Origin: Deltaproteobacteria bacterium
Lineage (GTDB): Bacteria > Myxococcota_A > Polyangia > Polyangiales > Houyiibacteriaceae
Reading direction: 5' to 3'
DNA: 64,000 nucleotides
Assembly: GCA_034670305.1 (NCBI GenBank)
Contig: JAXMNT010000018.1
Span: 1 to 64,000 of the forward strand
The notes below the pieces were generated by a model, which saw only the letters and a program-made list of their open reading frames with translations, ran no database searches and was not told the DNA's origin. Positions 9,961 through 19,181 of this stretch are shown here, one piece after another (position 1 is the first letter of the stretch; every line of letters starts with the position of its first letter). The translations under genes were made by a program, and so were the position numbers.

Positions 9961-11378
9961 ACCTGCGCCCCCTGCTCGCGATCACGCTGCTCTTCGGGTG
10001 CGGTTCGTGCGAAGACGACAACCCCCCGCCCGTACCCTCGGTGAACAACAGCCCGGCCGACGCCCCCGAGGACCTGGTCGGCGAGGTCTACTCGGCGGGA
10101 GACGCGATCTCAGTCGAGAGTGCGGCGTCGTTCCGGAGCCTTGTGCATTCGTTCGTGGCGCTGCCTACCGAAGTGACCTCGCTGGAGACGGACCTCCTGC
10201 GGGCGGTGCTCTTGCGCGGAGACGAACGGGCGGTCGCGGTCCACCTGCCTGCGGGCCTCAACCTCCGGACGTCCGCGGGTGCGCCCCGTGGCACGCGATG
10301 GATCGGCGAGGGCCGCAGCGCGGCGCTGTTCGAGCGCACCCTCGTGGTCGCCAGCTCGCCGGAGGCCTTGGAGAAGTCGCTCCCGTACGTGCTCTTCGGC
10401 ACCCCACCCGAGGCGAGCGGCAGCGCCGTGGCGCGGTTCGCACCCGGTGAGGCCGGCCGAACGCTTCGGCCCCTCGCGACGCTCTTCTGGGCCGGCTACG
10501 TGTCGCAGGGCCGTGCGCTCATCGCCCACGAACGCGAGACGCGTCCGGAACCGCCGGACTTCGGCGACCCCGAAGCCATGCTCGAAGCCCTCGACGAGTT
10601 CGTCCAGGGCACGCTCGCTTGGCTCCCGGACCTGGGCGAGATCCGGGTCTCGTACCGGATCGAGTCGTGGGGCAACCGGCTGACGATCGACGCGGACGTC
10701 GTCCCGGATTCCCCCCTGGCCGGTTGGCTGCAGACCACCGATGCCAACCGCAGCGGCTCGGAGCGTGACCTCGGTGCGTTGCCGAGCGACGCCGCCTTGG
10801 CGGTCTGGCGCGCGACGCCCTTCGATTGGCCGGGACTGCTCAACCGCGTCGGCGGGGACCGCGTTCAGACCCCGCTCCGTGGACCCGGCAGTCATCTCGT
10901 CGCGCTCGGCGGCGGCGACCGGGGTGCGTGGCTGCGATTCGGAGCGGGACCCGATGGCACCCCACCCGTCGAGCGTCTGATGGGCGACTACCGTTCGACG
11001 GTGTTCGGCGCCGCGTTCGGGTGTGCGCGTCCGAGTCTGCGACCGGGCGCCGAGGTGTGTCCCGCGACCGAGGAGCGGGCTGCGGTGCGTCTCGACTCGA
11101 CCGCTGTCGAGTTCGTCCGAGGCCGCCGCGAAGAAGCGACGCTCTCGTCGGTGCCGGACGCGGCGCGGCTCCTGCCCCCGGGTTCGCCGCTCTTCACGCT
11201 CTACTTCAACGCAGGCGCCGTGAGCCCTGCGGCCGCCCTGTTCCGTGCGCCGGTGCCGCCGCTCGACGACAAGCCGTTCGTGTTCTGGATCGCGAAGGAC
11301 GGCGAGGCGCTGCACCTGGAGCTCCGGGCGACGCCCGGCGCGCTCGACCCCATCGTGGCGTTGATCGCAGAGATCTGA
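9957..11378 (+). CDS. Hypothetical lipoprotein
   Basis: ATGA overlap with the helicase stop; MNLRPLLAITLLFGC lipobox. Confidence 0.7.
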   Translation: MNLRPLLAITLLFGCGSCEDDNPPPVPSVNNSPADAPEDLVGEVYSAGDAISVESAASFRSLVHSFVALPTEVTSLETDLLRAVLLRGDERAVAVHLPAGLNLRTSAGAPRGTRWIGEGRSAALFERTLVVASSPEALEKSLPYVLFGTPPEASGSAVARFAPGEAGRTLRPLATLFWAGYVSQGRALIAHERETRPEPPDFGDPEAMLEALDEFVQGTLAWLPDLGEIRVSYRIESWGNRLTIDADVVPDSPLAGWLQTTDANRSGSERDLGALPSDAALAVWRATPFDWPGLLNRVGGDRVQTPLRGPGSHLVALGGGDRGAWLRFGAGPDGTPPVERLMGDYRSTVFGAAFGCARPSLRPGAEVCPATEERAAVRLDSTAVEFVRGRREEATLSSVPDAARLLPPGSPLFTLYFNAGAVSPAAALFRAPVPPLDDKPFVFWIAKDGEALHLELRATPGALDPIVALIAEI

Positions 11379-11485
11379 CGGGTCGCCGTCGCGTCTGAGC
11401 GGTCTGGTTCACGCCAAGCGATTCAACTCTTCGGCTGCGAGTTCCGAGAATCGGGCACGGGCACGGGCACGGCCACGGCCACGGC

Positions 11486-12523
11486 CTAGCCGACTTCGGG
11501 GAACCGGCCGGCCGGTGCGATGCGTCCGATGTGCGCAATGCGTGCGCCGGTGCCGCCCGCCGGGTTCACGCTCTTGCCGATGACGATGCCATCCTCCGCG
11601 GCGCGGTACTCCCGCGTGATCTCGCCGAACACATCCGTGAGCCGGGCGATGATCTGCCCCTTCTCGACGAGCTCGGTCCGGTCGGGATACACGTCGAGCA
11701 GCCCGCCCCGATCGGTGTACGTCCACTTCGATCGGTCGCAGATGATCGGGGGGTCGGCGACGATCGGCTTTCGTTTCGGCAGCATGCCGGCGTGCGAGAG
11801 CAGGCGGCGCACCCCCTGCACCGAGGACTTGATGAGATGCGGCTGAAACCTCTGTGGGTCGCCGATCTCCAGCGTGACCGCGGGGATCCCGAGACCCATG
11901 GCGGTGCCGCGGAGCGTGCGGTCCGAGGGCCGGTTGTGCAGGATGATCTGGGGACGCAGCAGGTAACCCATCTTCGCGGCGATGGGGCTCTCCATGTCGA
12001 CCCGGACGTAGAGCGAGTTGATGCGTCCGAAGCTCGCGGTGTGCAGATCGAGCAGCCGGTCGAACTTCTTGACCAGCCGCTGCATGATCCGGTGCCCGTA
12101 CACCTGCGCGACGTTTCCCTTCGCGCGGCCTGGGAAGATCTTGTTCAGGTCCGTGCCTTCGTGGAGCTCGCGCTGATGAAGTTTGAAGCCCGGCACGTTG
12201 AGCACCACGACCGCCACGATCGTGCCGCGGAGGACATCGAGGTCCAGGTTGCGGAAGAGATGGTGAATGACCGGGATGCCGTTGAGTTCGTTGCCGTGCA
12301 GCGCGGCGGTCATCCCGAAGATGGGTCCGTCGCGCCGACCGCGGGCGACCAGCACCGGCACCTCGACCGGCTGTCCGAGCCCATCGTCCATCAGGTCGAG
12401 CCTCAGCCGATGGATCATGCCGCGCTGAAGCGAGTCGACGTGGAGCGTGCTCACCACCTGAGTCGGGGTCCGCGGCGTCTGCTTCACGGACTTCTCTTTG
12501 ACGGGTTTCTCTTTGCTGGTCAT
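11486..12523 (-). CDS. Succinylglutamate desuccinylase/aspartoacylase (M14-like) family protein
   Basis: HGNE, DLNKIFPG, DLHT, LEIG, C-terminal barrel-sandwich-like segment; ATG at 12523 overlaps the upstream stop. Confidence 0.9.
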   Translation of the reverse strand: MTSKEKPVKEKSVKQTPRTPTQVVSTLHVDSLQRGMIHRLRLDLMDDGLGQPVEVPVLVARGRRDGPIFGMTAALHGNELNGIPVIHHLFRNLDLDVLRGTIVAVVVLNVPGFKLHQRELHEGTDLNKIFPGRAKGNVAQVYGHRIMQRLVKKFDRLLDLHTASFGRINSLYVRVDMESPIAAKMGYLLRPQIILHNRPSDRTLRGTAMGLGIPAVTLEIGDPQRFQPHLIKSSVQGVRRLLSHAGMLPKRKPIVADPPIICDRSKWTYTDRGGLLDVYPDRTELVEKGQIIARLTDVFGEITREYRAAEDGIVIGKSVNPAGGTGARIAHIGRIAPAGRFPEVG

Positions 12524-13950
12524 CGGGTGATCTCGTCGACGAGCGCGGCGTCCGGCACGAGCTGCTGGAAGAACCGGCGTCGAAATACGAGTTTGGACGT
12601 GAGGAGCTGGCTCGCCATGCGGTCGATGGCCGTGACCGCCATCACGGTCTGCAAGTAGCCTTCGATCAGGTCGTCGAGGCCGATGCCGAGTTTGTTGAAG
12701 TCGCGACTGTCGACCAGCAGCAGCCGCTCGGTCTCCGTGGTCCAGTCGCCTTCGGGGGTCTTGACGGAGAGGTTGGTGCCGAGCATCGCCCAGGAGGACG
12801 CGCCCTCCTGAAGTTCGGCCTGCAGGGCGGTGCGCGCGCGGCGCGCGTAGATCGCCGTCGGGAAGAACCCGTTCGGTCCGGCGCCGACCATGAAGCGCAG
12901 GTCGGCGGCGAAGATGCGGCCGCGTTTGTCCGGCACGGTGCCGACGTGGTACAGGCGGCCGCCGTCGCCACGGGAACTCCATCGCAGGTTGCCGACGAGC
13001 GCCTGCACGATGAACCGTTCGTAGCGCCCTTCGAGCGCCATGAACGCCGCCAGTTCGCGCGGGCTGGTGATCGTCCACACGCCCTGGCCCGCGTTCGAGT
13101 ACGGGTCTTTGACGACCGCGACCCCGCCCATGCGCTGCACCCACATCGGCACCTCGGTGCGCGAGACATCCCAGATGGTGTCGGGCGTTCGAATGCGCAG
13201 CCCGTGGGTCCGCAGCTCGGCGTCGTAGAGGTCGTAGGCCTTGGAGGCGAGCGCCTTGTTTCGGCCACCGGCGAGACAGATGAGCACCGGGTTGTAGATC
13301 ATGGTCCGCGCGTAGGGCGGCACCCGCGTCCAAGGCCGCTGCGTGACGTACCGGAGCGCGGCGCGGATCTGAACCCACGCGCCGTCCGAGAGCACCTCGA
13401 GCACGCCGTCGACGAATCGGTACGCCGGGTCCACCCCGTCTGCGTCGCATCGCACCAGGTGCACCTCTTCGCCCGCGACCTCGGCCATGGCGGCGGCGTA
13501 ACCAGACGCCTCCATGACGTTCTTGTCGTAGAGCACCGCGAGGCCACCGGTGGGCAAGCGGCGCCGGGATTCCAGGTTGGGCAAGAAGGACCGCTCGATG
13601 AGCGTCCGGTAGCCACCCATCTCGTCCGACTCGTCTCGGGTCGGCATCGACTTCTGCCCCGAAGGACACGAGTTCGTCTCCACGACCACCATGCGGCGGA
13701 TGCCCTTCTCGGTCGTGGTCAGGAAGAGATCGCTGCCGCCCCAGCGGAAGAACTTCGGGGTGCACGCGAGCAGCTGCGCGACGTGCACCGGATCCGCCTC
13801 GGGATGCAGGTGGGCGTAGCGCTCCGCGATGCGCTTCGGTCCGAGGTTGAGGAAGTGCCGCACCAACGGATGGAGCTGGGCGTTGAGCACCCTCGGGTAG
13901 AAGTGCTCGGACGGTTCGAAGTCACCGGGGCGGTAGATGGCTGCAGGCAT
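12520..13950 (-). CDS. Circularly permuted ATP-grasp-like putative peptide/amide ligase
   Basis: N-terminal D...VVETNS (ExN) precedes VVKDPYSNAGQGV, FIVQ and DLR. Confidence 0.6.
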   Translation of the reverse strand: MPAAIYRPGDFEPSEHFYPRVLNAQLHPLVRHFLNLGPKRIAERYAHLHPEADPVHVAQLLACTPKFFRWGGSDLFLTTTEKGIRRMVVVETNSCPSGQKSMPTRDESDEMGGYRTLIERSFLPNLESRRRLPTGGLAVLYDKNVMEASGYAAAMAEVAGEEVHLVRCDADGVDPAYRFVDGVLEVLSDGAWVQIRAALRYVTQRPWTRVPPYARTMIYNPVLICLAGGRNKALASKAYDLYDAELRTHGLRIRTPDTIWDVSRTEVPMWVQRMGGVAVVKDPYSNAGQGVWTITSPRELAAFMALEGRYERFIVQALVGNLRWSSRGDGGRLYHVGTVPDKRGRIFAADLRFMVGAGPNGFFPTAIYARRARTALQAELQEGASSWAMLGTNLSVKTPEGDWTTETERLLLVDSRDFNKLGIGLDDLIEGYLQTVMAVTAIDRMASQLLTSKLVFRRRFFQQLVPDAALVDEITR

Positions 13951-14107
13951 GTTCGATCCGTGTGAAGGGACTGCGTTTCAGGAAAGATGGCACCGCGTGT
14001 TTCAGGGACGACGGCACCGCGCCAAACAAGCGATCGACAGGGTCAGACTTGGGCGTGCGGTCGCGCGACCGGGGTCTTCTCGCCGCTTTCAGCGCCGCGG
14101 GAGACTC

Positions 14108-15463
14108 TCACTTGTGGCTGCGGCCCGCCAGGATCTTCACGAACGAGCGGGTCTCGACTTCTTCCTGCGTGAGGCCCGTCGACTTGAGCTCTTCGAGTGA
14201 GACCGCGCCGCAGTTGAGTCCGCAGAGGAAGTAGTTCAGCAGGCCCTGGCCGGTGGCCGCGTCGTCGAACACATCGCCGACCAAGGTCGCCTGGGCGGCC
14301 TTGTCGATGAAGTTGCGAAGCCGGTGGGCGGCCTGCTCGAACCCCTGGAGGAAGAACGCGTAGGTCGCGCCGTAGCGCACCACCAGCTGGGCTGGGTGCA
14401 GGTCCCAGCCCTGGTAGAAGCCGTTCTCGAGCGCGTGGGTGATGTTGTCGTAGGCCAGCTTCCACGAGGCGAAGACCACGTCTCGGTTCTCGTTCTGCTG
14501 TGCTTCGGTGAGCGATTCGCCCTTGGGCGCGCGGTGCGGCCCGACCGGCATCACGTTGGTGGCGCCGTCCGAGAGCCAGACGCCGGTGCCGCCGAAGGCG
14601 ACCTTCATGAAGTGGAGCGCGAAGTCGCAGGCCGGGTGGGTGATGTTCTGGTACGCGGCGGTGATGTTGCAACTCGCCGTGTAGTCGTACGTCCCGAAGT
14701 GGGCGCCCCGGAGACGTCCCTCCGCCGCCGCGTGCAGCTGCGGCAACATGGAGCGTCCTTCGTGGTCGAGGATCGAGGTCGTCAGCTCGATCATGATCTC
14801 CATCTGCAACGATCCCTGGGCCAGCTCGAGCCGCTTCTCGAGCGCTTCGAAGAGCCGCACGAGGGTGGTGACCTGAGCGGGGATCGGGATCTTCGGGAGC
14901 GTGACCACGAAGTTCTCGGGCACGGCGCCCGCTTCGGCGATCAGCGTCGTGAAGAAGAGATCCAACGTGCGGACCGAGCGCGAGAAGAGTTCGTCGTTGA
15001 GCGGCTTGATTCGAATGCCCAAGAAGGGCGGCAGTCCGCCTTCCTTCATGCCTTTGGCGACTTCCTTCGCGGCCTGGATCGCGACCGCGTCTTCCTCTTC
15101 GTCCGGCCGGTTTCCGAACCCGTCCTCGAAGTCGATGCGGAAGTCCTCGACGGCTTCCCGCTCCAGCTTGGCGCGCATGCGGTCGTAGACGACCTTGGCC
15201 AGTTCGAGGTCCTCGATGCCGACGGCCTGGGCGAAGGTCGCGGCGTCCGGCGCGTAGCTGTCGAGCGAGCGCAGGGCGAGCTGTCCGAGCTTTCCGCAGG
15301 TGGTCGACTTGAAGAGGTTGGCGCCGCCGTAGACCGTGTGCACGGGCTGGCGGGCGGAGCGATCACCAGGGTACCGGCGGGCAAAGGTCTGGTTCGCGGT
15401 CCGGAGAGTGGCGAGGGCGCCGGCGCACTCTTCATGGAGGGTCGAGGTCGGGGACTGAGTCAT
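14108..15463 (-). CDS. HpcH/HpaI aldolase / citrate lyase beta-like TIM-barrel enzyme (DUF6986-like)
   Basis: RQPVHTVYGGA, RIDFEDGFG, GIRIK, TLPK, HFGTYDYTA, GWDLHPAQ. Confidence 0.8.
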   Translation of the reverse strand: MTQSPTSTLHEECAGALATLRTANQTFARRYPGDRSARQPVHTVYGGANLFKSTTCGKLGQLALRSLDSYAPDAATFAQAVGIEDLELAKVVYDRMRAKLEREAVEDFRIDFEDGFGNRPDEEEDAVAIQAAKEVAKGMKEGGLPPFLGIRIKPLNDELFSRSVRTLDLFFTTLIAEAGAVPENFVVTLPKIPIPAQVTTLVRLFEALEKRLELAQGSLQMEIMIELTTSILDHEGRSMLPQLHAAAEGRLRGAHFGTYDYTASCNITAAYQNITHPACDFALHFMKVAFGGTGVWLSDGATNVMPVGPHRAPKGESLTEAQQNENRDVVFASWKLAYDNITHALENGFYQGWDLHPAQLVVRYGATYAFFLQGFEQAAHRLRNFIDKAAQATLVGDVFDDAATGQGLLNYFLCGLNCGAVSLEELKSTGLTQEEVETRSFVKILAGRSHK

Positions 15464-15581
15464 GGCACGGGCTTAGCGTGAGACCTCCGGCGATGCCAAC
15501 GCCCCGCGGTCCGCGGATCGACCGGCCGAACATTGCTTGCGTGAACTCGCGACGGCCGCTTGAAACGCCTATGATGCGCCC

Positions 15582-16304
15582 ATGACGACCTCCCTCGGAC
15601 TGGTGTCGCGCGCACTCCCGGCGACGTGTTTTCCCCTTACGCTGTGTCTGCTGGCATCGATGGCCTGTGGGGGCGGCGAAGAACCCGCGCCCGAGCCCAC
15701 GACCGGCGCCGAGGTGGAGCCGGATCAGCCCATGGACATCGACGACGACATCGACGAGTCGATCGACGAAGAGCACCGAGAGCCGTCCGACGAACCGGTC
15801 GCTGCGACCCCGACCGGACCCGGCCGATTGACCGTCTTCAACCGCGTCGGCACCGACAACGTGGGCGGCACGGTCTCGGTGTTGGACCTGGAGGGCGAAG
15901 TCGTCGCCGAAGGGGCCTCTGGGGAGACGTTCGATCTGCCCTCGGGCCAGTACACGCTGGCCGGTACCATCACCGACGCGGCGGTCTTGATCGACACCCC
16001 CACCGACCAGGGCGACGACACCGTGACGGTTCGGCCCGGTGCCACCACCGAAGGCTTGGTCCGGCATGGACGCGCGCGCATTCGCCTTCGCGTGCGGCGC
16101 GGCAACCGCGAGATCAGTCAATGGCGGCTCGAGATCACGCGCGGCGAAGAGACCATCACGATGCGGCCGAACGGCAACGAGTACATCCCCGTGAGTCCCG
16201 GCCGCTACAACGGTGTGCTTCACTTCGGGACCAACCAGATCACCGTCAACGACTTGATCTTTCCGGACGGCGCGAGCCGCGACATCCCCGTCAACGTCAA
16301 CTGA
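15582..16304 (+). CDS. Hypothetical lipoprotein with beta-sandwich domains
   Basis: LASMAC lipobox, acidic linker, GQYTL and GRYNG strands. Confidence 0.7.
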   Translation: MTTSLGLVSRALPATCFPLTLCLLASMACGGGEEPAPEPTTGAEVEPDQPMDIDDDIDESIDEEHREPSDEPVAATPTGPGRLTVFNRVGTDNVGGTVSVLDLEGEVVAEGASGETFDLPSGQYTLAGTITDAAVLIDTPTDQGDDTVTVRPGATTEGLVRHGRARIRLRVRRGNREISQWRLEITRGEETITMRPNGNEYIPVSPGRYNGVLHFGTNQITVNDLIFPDGASRDIPVNVN

Positions 16305-16311
16305 CCCGCCT

Positions 16312-17397
16312 TTGAGCCTGAGACGATCCCAGCGCTCGCTGCGTGATTGGTTCGGTGCGGTGGGTCGGGATCTGCCGTGGCGCCGGACCACCGATCCGTA
16401 CGCGATCTGGGTCAGCGAGATCATGCTTCAACAGACCCGGGTCGAGACCGTGGTCGGGTACTACCAGCGGTTCCTGAAGGCGTTTCCCGATGTGCGATCG
16501 CTGGCCCGGGCCCCCGAGGATCGGGTGCTCGGTCAGTGGAGTGGACTCGGCTACTACCGCCGCGCCCGCCTGCTCCACCAAGGCGCCAAGGCGGTGGTGG
16601 CGTCGCACAGCGGACAGGTGCCGCGCGACGCTGCAGCGCGTCTCGCGTTGCCCGGCATCGGTCGGTACACCGCGGGTGCCATCGGCAGCATCGCCTTCGG
16701 ACTTCGGGAGCCGATCGTCGATGGCAACGTGGCGCGGGTGCTCTCGCGCCTGTACCGGATCGAGAGCCCGCTCGGCCGCGCCGACACCGAACGGGCGCTT
16801 TGGGAGCGCGCGGCCCAGTGGGCGGACGACTCCGATCCCGGTGCGATCAACCAAGGCCTGATGGAGCTCGGCGCGACGGTGTGCACGCCGAAGAAGCCGG
16901 ACTGCGGGTCGTGTCCCCTCCGCGCGATGTGTCGGGGTCGGGGTGTCGCCGAGACGTTGCCCACCCCACGGGCCCGCGTGAAGAAGAAGCGCGTCCAGCT
17001 TGCGGCGGTGGTCGCGACGGTGGGGGACGAAGTCTGGCTCGTGCGCCGAACCGAGGCCCTGCATGGTGGGTTGCACGGTGGGCTCTGGTCGTTGCCGCGC
17101 GTCGAGACGGAGCCAGGCAACGCACGCGCGGCTTGCCAGCGCGTCCTCAAGGAGGTGGGCCTGCTGGGCGCGCGGGTGGCGAAGAAGCCGGCGGGACAGC
17201 TCCGGCATGTCCTGACCCACCGGGCCCTCGAGGTGCGCATCTTTCGCGCAACCCATGCCCGGGCCTCGTCCGCGCACCCCGCCGCGGGCCTCCGATCGGC
17301 CGATCTGGCGGGTCTGCGCGGCCGAACCTTTGGCATGTCTCGGTTGGACGAGAAGATTCTCCAGGTGGTTGGGCTGGTGCCCCAAGCTTCCGCGTAG
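16312..17397 (+). CDS. mutY: A/G-specific adenine glycosylase
   Basis: LPWRR, WVSEIMLQQT, WSGLGYY, HhH LPGIGRYTAGA, VDGNV, CTPKKPDCGSCPLRAMC. Confidence 0.97.
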   Translation: MSLRRSQRSLRDWFGAVGRDLPWRRTTDPYAIWVSEIMLQQTRVETVVGYYQRFLKAFPDVRSLARAPEDRVLGQWSGLGYYRRARLLHQGAKAVVASHSGQVPRDAAARLALPGIGRYTAGAIGSIAFGLREPIVDGNVARVLSRLYRIESPLGRADTERALWERAAQWADDSDPGAINQGLMELGATVCTPKKPDCGSCPLRAMCRGRGVAETLPTPRARVKKKRVQLAAVVATVGDEVWLVRRTEALHGGLHGGLWSLPRVETEPGNARAACQRVLKEVGLLGARVAKKPAGQLRHVLTHRALEVRIFRATHARASSAHPAAGLRSADLAGLRGRTFGMSRLDEKILQVVGLVPQASA

Positions 17398-17412
17398 TGC
17401 TATGGCTCCGCG

Positions 17413-17964
17413 GTGGAGCTTCGAACCGACCAAGTCGTCCTGGTGCGCCTGGGGTTCGCTTCTCTCCTGCTCGGCCTGGTCGCGCTTGCCTGGGAGCTGT
17501 TCGCGCGGCAGGCGCCGCACACCGCGGCGTCCATCTCGACCCTGGAAGCGCCGGTCGCGCAGCTGCGGGTCGGCGCGTTCACCGCAGGGCTCGTGGTGCT
17601 CGCGGTCGCGTGGCTCGCCCCTTGGTTCGCGCCGAAGCCGCTGTGTCGGCGCTGGCTGATCTTCGCCTGCGGTTCGACCGCGTTCATGCTCGGTGCGCTC
17701 GTGATGTGTGCCGCGTTCAATGTCACCGGGCTGCAACTGGCGGACCCGCAGTCGGACGTGGGCATGCTCGTCCGCGCGCGGGTGGGAAGCCAGGTGCTCG
17801 TCGGCGTCGTGCTGCTCGACGTGGCGATTCGTGTCTTCCGTCGCCCACAAACCTGGACGCCGGGTGGTTCCGCATCGGAAGCTGCCGTCTTGCCGTCGCG
17901 CGACCCACAACGAACCGAGCCCGCGCGGGGTTCCGAACCCGCGCCGGACGGAGAGTCCGAGTGA
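17413..17964 (+). CDS. Hypothetical membrane protein (about 4 TM)
   Basis: Four hydrophobic segments; stop overlaps the next GTG. Confidence 0.65.
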   Translation: MELRTDQVVLVRLGFASLLLGLVALAWELFARQAPHTAASISTLEAPVAQLRVGAFTAGLVVLAVAWLAPWFAPKPLCRRWLIFACGSTAFMLGALVMCAAFNVTGLQLADPQSDVGMLVRARVGSQVLVGVVLLDVAIRVFRRPQTWTPGGSASEAAVLPSRDPQRTEPARGSEPAPDGESE

Positions 17965-19181
17965 GCGCGGCCGACGCCTCGGGCGCGGTGCTGGCTTCGG
18001 GAACCGCAGTGCCGGCCTCGGGAACCGCGGTGCCGGCCTCGGGAACCGCAGTGCCGGCCTCGGGAACCGCCGTGCTGGTCTACGAAGACGTCGCCAAAAC
18101 GTTCGGCGACAACGTCGCGCTGCGCGGGGTGAGTCTCGAAGTCCAAGAGGGTGAGGTCTTCGGACTGCTCGGTCCGAACGGCGCCGGCAAGACCACGCTC
18201 ATCCGGGTGGGCCTCGACATCCTCCGGCCCGACACCGGGAACGTGTCGCTCTTCGGCCAACCGCTGCACCGCGACACGCTCGACCGGGTCGCCTACCTCC
18301 CGGAGGAGCGCGGGCTCTACAAGAAGACCTCGCTCACCGATGCGCTCGCGTACTTCGGTCAGCTCAAGGGCCTCGGTCGCCGCGACGCGGTGGCGGCCGC
18401 CACCCGCTGGCTCGAGAAGGTCGGCCTCGGCGCGGTGGCGAAGCAGCCCGTGGAGACGCTCAGCAAAGGCATGAGCCAGAAGGCGCAGATCGCCGCCACC
18501 CTGATGACCGAACCCGAACTCTGCATTCTGGACGAACCGTTCAGCGGGCTCGACCCGGTGAACATCGAGGTCGTCAAGCGGCTGATGCACGAGCGCCGCG
18601 CGGCCGGCCGAACGACGATCTTGTCCACGCACATGATGAGTCAGGTCGAGGCGCTCTGCGATCGGGTCGGGGTCATTCACGACGGCCGCCGGGTGGTGTA
18701 CGGCGCGCTCGAGGACGTCCGGCGCGCCTACTCGAACCCAGTCGTGCGGGTGCGGCTCGACGGTCCACTCGGGGAGCCGCCGGACATGGTGGAGCGGGTC
18801 TCCAAGGCGGTCGCCGGCAGCGTGCGTGGCACCTTGGAGTTGCATCTCAAAGAAGGCGCGACCTCGGGCGAACTGCTCCGGGCGCTTCTCGCGCGCGGCA
18901 TCGAAGTGCGCCACTTCGAAGAGGTGCTGGCGACCATGGAAGAGATCTTCCTGCGAGCGGTCGGCGCGACCGTGGACGTGCGAGACGCGGAGGCGCGCAA
19001 CCACGCCGCGCAGAACGACGACGCGGAGGCCGACGATGCGCGGGCCGACGATGCCCGGGCCGACGATGCCCGGGCCGACGATGCCCTGGCCGACGATGCC
19101 CTGGCCGACGAGGCGCGGGCCGGCGCTCCGGACGAGGACGACCGGGACGCGGACGACGTGGCTTCGGAGCAAGCGTCGTGA
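17961..19181 (+). CDS. ABC-2 exporter ATP-binding protein (NatA/YhaQ-like)
   Basis: GPNGAGKT, YLPEERGLY, LSKGM, LDEPFSGLD; repeat-rich N- and C-termini. Confidence 0.92.
   Translation: MSAADASGAVLASGTAVPASGTAVPASGTAVPASGTAVLVYEDVAKTFGDNVALRGVSLEVQEGEVFGLLGPNGAGKTTLIRVGLDILRPDTGNVSLFGQPLHRDTLDRVAYLPEERGLYKKTSLTDALAYFGQLKGLGRRDAVAAATRWLEKVGLGAVAKQPVETLSKGMSQKAQIAATLMTEPELCILDEPFSGLDPVNIEVVKRLMHERRAAGRTTILSTHMMSQVEALCDRVGVIHDGRRVVYGALEDVRRAYSNPVVRVRLDGPLGEPPDMVERVSKAVAGSVRGTLELHLKEGATSGELLRALLARGIEVRHFEEVLATMEEIFLRAVGATVDVRDAEARNHAAQNDDAEADDARADDARADDARADDALADDALADEARAGAPDEDDRDADDVASEQAS

Noticed and set aside
7524-11378. Long N-terminal extensions in the ORF track (also 11486-13765, 16347, 25715, 26125, 36773, 54652-57009)
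   Set aside because: They overlap neighbouring real genes; starts were reassigned using stop/start overlaps and signal peptides
17987-18078. CRISPR-like array (also considered 27683-27860 and 62070-62190)
   Set aside because: Head-to-tail repeats without unique spacers, inside coding frames, and no cas genes
19029-19110. ADDAR/ADDAL 15-bp repeats at the ABC ATPase C-terminus
   Set aside because: Looks like local slippage in a disordered tail; no second copy seen
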